DNA from: Fibrobacteria bacterium
Lineage (GTDB): Bacteria > Fibrobacterota > Fibrobacteria > UBA11236
NCBI GenBank assembly: GCA_043745805.1
Contig: JAYTSD010000008.1
Location: forward strand, 1-64,000
Direction of reading: 5' to 3'
Length of the DNA: 64,000 bases
In this document: positions 62,209-64,000 of the stretch, one piece after another
How the letters are laid out: each line of letters starts with the position of its first letter
Position numbering within the stretch: position 1 is the first letter of the stretch
The notes under the pieces: model-generated
Database searches by the model: none
Told to the model about the DNA's origin: nothing
What the model saw: the letters and a program-made list of their open reading frames with translations, nothing else
Made by a program: the position numbers and the translations under genes

Positions 62209-63276
62209 ATGATGCAAAAAATTCTAGCTCAAAGGATTCGAATTGCAAAAAAATGGCCTTTTCGACTCCTTAATTATTGTTCTCTTTCTTATCAAAAAGC
62301 TTTCTTAATCCGCAAAACGGGTAAAAAGGTTTTGAAACCTTTTGATTTAGCCGCTACACTTAATTCCTGTAAAAAGATAATACTGGTTGCCCCGAATACT
62401 TTTCAAGAACAACTTATCGCTTATCCTCTTTTACATACTTTAATCCAAAATTTACCCCCGCAAAAATTAGTGGTTATCACTCCTCAAGAGCATTTGGCCT
62501 TTCTGCAAGTGGTTTTACAAAACAATAGCAGCCCAGTGGAATTTATTAGTTATGTTGAAACGGATTTGTATTGGGGCGAGAAAGCATTTGAAGCCCTTAA
62601 ACAGCAATTCAGCCACTTACAAGGCGATGTGATGATCAACCTGCAAATGTCCCAGCCACCTTTATTAGCAGCCATTTTAAGAGGAATACAAGCCAAACTG
62701 TCCATCACTTTAAGCGAAGATGAGTTCTCAACGGCAAATATTACGCTTTTACCTAAAAATCCTTATAATTTACTCCGCCATTATACTCAAATTCTCGACC
62801 TTTGGCGCTTTGTCGGGAATAATTCCCCTTTAATTTGGCCTCTTATAAATTCTGAATCAGATAATATTAACGAAGCGCAAAATCGTTTTCGACAAATTGG
62901 AGTGACCCCAAAACAGGTAGGGATTTTTCTATGGCAAAATGAAGCCTCTGAAAAACAAAGAGAAGCTTATACACTCGCCTTAAAAGATATGCATGCCAAA
63001 GGTATTCGAGCCATTCTGGTATTTTCAGGTAATACCAGTCCCGAAGGACCTATCGAATTTAAAACCTTGCCGCAATTAGGCGCAAGTAGTTTAGGAAAAA
63101 TGTTAGCCTTATTCTCGCAAGCCGCAGAAGTCTATGGTGTGAATTGTGATTTATTGCATTTAGCCAATTTATCCGGAGTGCCCGTGCAAGGCTATTTTTT
63201 AAGCGAAGACGCGCCTTTTGATACCTCTTTTTTTAACCCACGATGTGAAGTTCAATATTTGAGCGTTAATGCTTGA
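62209..63276 (+). CDS. Degenerate GT9-like protein
   Basis: Weak GT-B pattern (LLHLANLSGVPVQGYF); the D-x-G-x-x-H motif is not intact. Confidence 0.55.
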   Translation: MMQKILAQRIRIAKKWPFRLLNYCSLSYQKAFLIRKTGKKVLKPFDLAATLNSCKKIILVAPNTFQEQLIAYPLLHTLIQNLPPQKLVVITPQEHLAFLQVVLQNNSSPVEFISYVETDLYWGEKAFEALKQQFSHLQGDVMINLQMSQPPLLAAILRGIQAKLSITLSEDEFSTANITLLPKNPYNLLRHYTQILDLWRFVGNNSPLIWPLINSESDNINEAQNRFRQIGVTPKQVGIFLWQNEASEKQREAYTLALKDMHAKGIRAILVFSGNTSPEGPIEFKTLPQLGASSLGKMLALFSQAAEVYGVNCDLLHLANLSGVPVQGYFLSEDAPFDTSFFNPRCEVQYLSVNA

Positions 63277-63291
63277 GTTTGGATCATAAAA

Positions 63292-63319
63292 AAAATCCTA
63301 GGCATTGCCCTAGGATTTT
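63292..63319. terminator. Bidirectional terminator
   Basis: AAAATCCTAGG-CATTGC-CCTAGGATTTT between convergent genes. Confidence 0.8.
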
Positions 63320-63341
63320 CCAAACATGATCGCTTTTACTT

Positions 63342-64000
63342 TTACACAAACTTCTGCAATTTCTTTTCCTTTTGCACCTTCTTCACCAACTCTTTTAAGT
63401 TTGGGCAGTAGCGCTTATCCACCACGAGGGTAACACCGCGATGCTGCACAATTAATAAATTTTCTACTCCAAAAGCAGCAACCATTCCACTATCACTAAA
63501 AAAAGTACAGTCTTTGGTCGATTGAAATACCGTTTGCCCAATGGCGCGATTGCCTTCGGTATCCGCTTTATGTAAGCGATCGAGAGATAACCATGAACCA
63601 ATATCATCCCATTTAAATTCAGGAATAATCACACGAATGTCCTGCGCTTTTTCCATTAAACCATAATCGATGGAAACTTCTGGAAGTTGTTTATAAATAG
63701 CTTTCAATTTATTCTTAAAACTAGCACTGCTCGAAACCAAACTTTTTTCTTTATCAAAAGGCTTGGCGGTTTCGGGTAAATGTTGTTGAAACTGTTGCCA
63801 TAAATAATCTACGCGCCAAGCAAACATACCACTATTCCAAAAATGTTTTCCCGAATGCAAATAAGCTTCAGCCCTTTTGGCATCGGGCTTTTCGTGGAAT
63901 TGCTTGACTTTAAAAGTGGATAATCCACCTTGCTTAATCACTTGACCTTGCGTTTCCACATAGCCAAAACCCACTTCAGCTCTATCTGGCTTGATACCAA
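63342..64000 (-). CDS. Mannose-1-phosphate guanylyltransferase (partial, 5' end outside window)
   Basis: GFGYV, FHEKPD, WNSGMF, SIDYGLMEKA, WDDIGSW. Confidence 0.92.
   Translation of the reverse strand, partial: GIKPDRAEVGFGYVETQGQVIKQGGLSTFKVKQFHEKPDAKRAEAYLHSGKHFWNSGMFAWRVDYLWQQFQQHLPETAKPFDKEKSLVSSSASFKNKLKAIYKQLPEVSIDYGLMEKAQDIRVIIPEFKWDDIGSWLSLDRLHKADTEGNRAIGQTVFQSTKDCTFFSDSGMVAAFGVENLLIVQHRGVTLVVDKRYCPNLKELVKKVQKEKKLQKFV

Overview
Bacterial chromosomal window; gene content suggests a flagellated, aerobic or facultative FCB-group organism, possibly Fibrobacterota (inference only). Positions 1-~4,550 are an AT-rich accessory island. It holds the left end of an IS3-family element inserted into a SWIM-zinc-finger transposase-like gene, a Zn-ribbon gene, an XRE regulator, and lipoprotein and membrane genes. 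A ~900 bp non-coding tract follows, with IHF-like sites, palindromes and direct repeats. That tract contains the most unusual feature: a sigma70-like promoter, a near-perfect CIRCE (HrcA) operator, a hairpin, and a short-arm tRNA with an Arg-type body but a Ser (GCT) anticodon. The rest is core genome: carB, orphan sdhC, recG, mdh, sucCD, Rrf2 regulator, beta-oxidation genes, radA, tgt and two hybrid kinases. It also has a chemotaxis cluster (PilZ-like protein, two CheX, CheY, CheA with an MshEN-like insert, CheW, two MCPs, CheB, no CheR), a porin / small periplasmic protein / MCP operon, other outer-membrane proteins, birA, a sigma54-preceded flgFGAHI operon, mqnB/mqnD, a pfkB kinase, a GAF-GAF-GGDEF cyclase and a partial Man-1-P guanylyltransferase. 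All calls come from motif recognition by eye; no searches were run.
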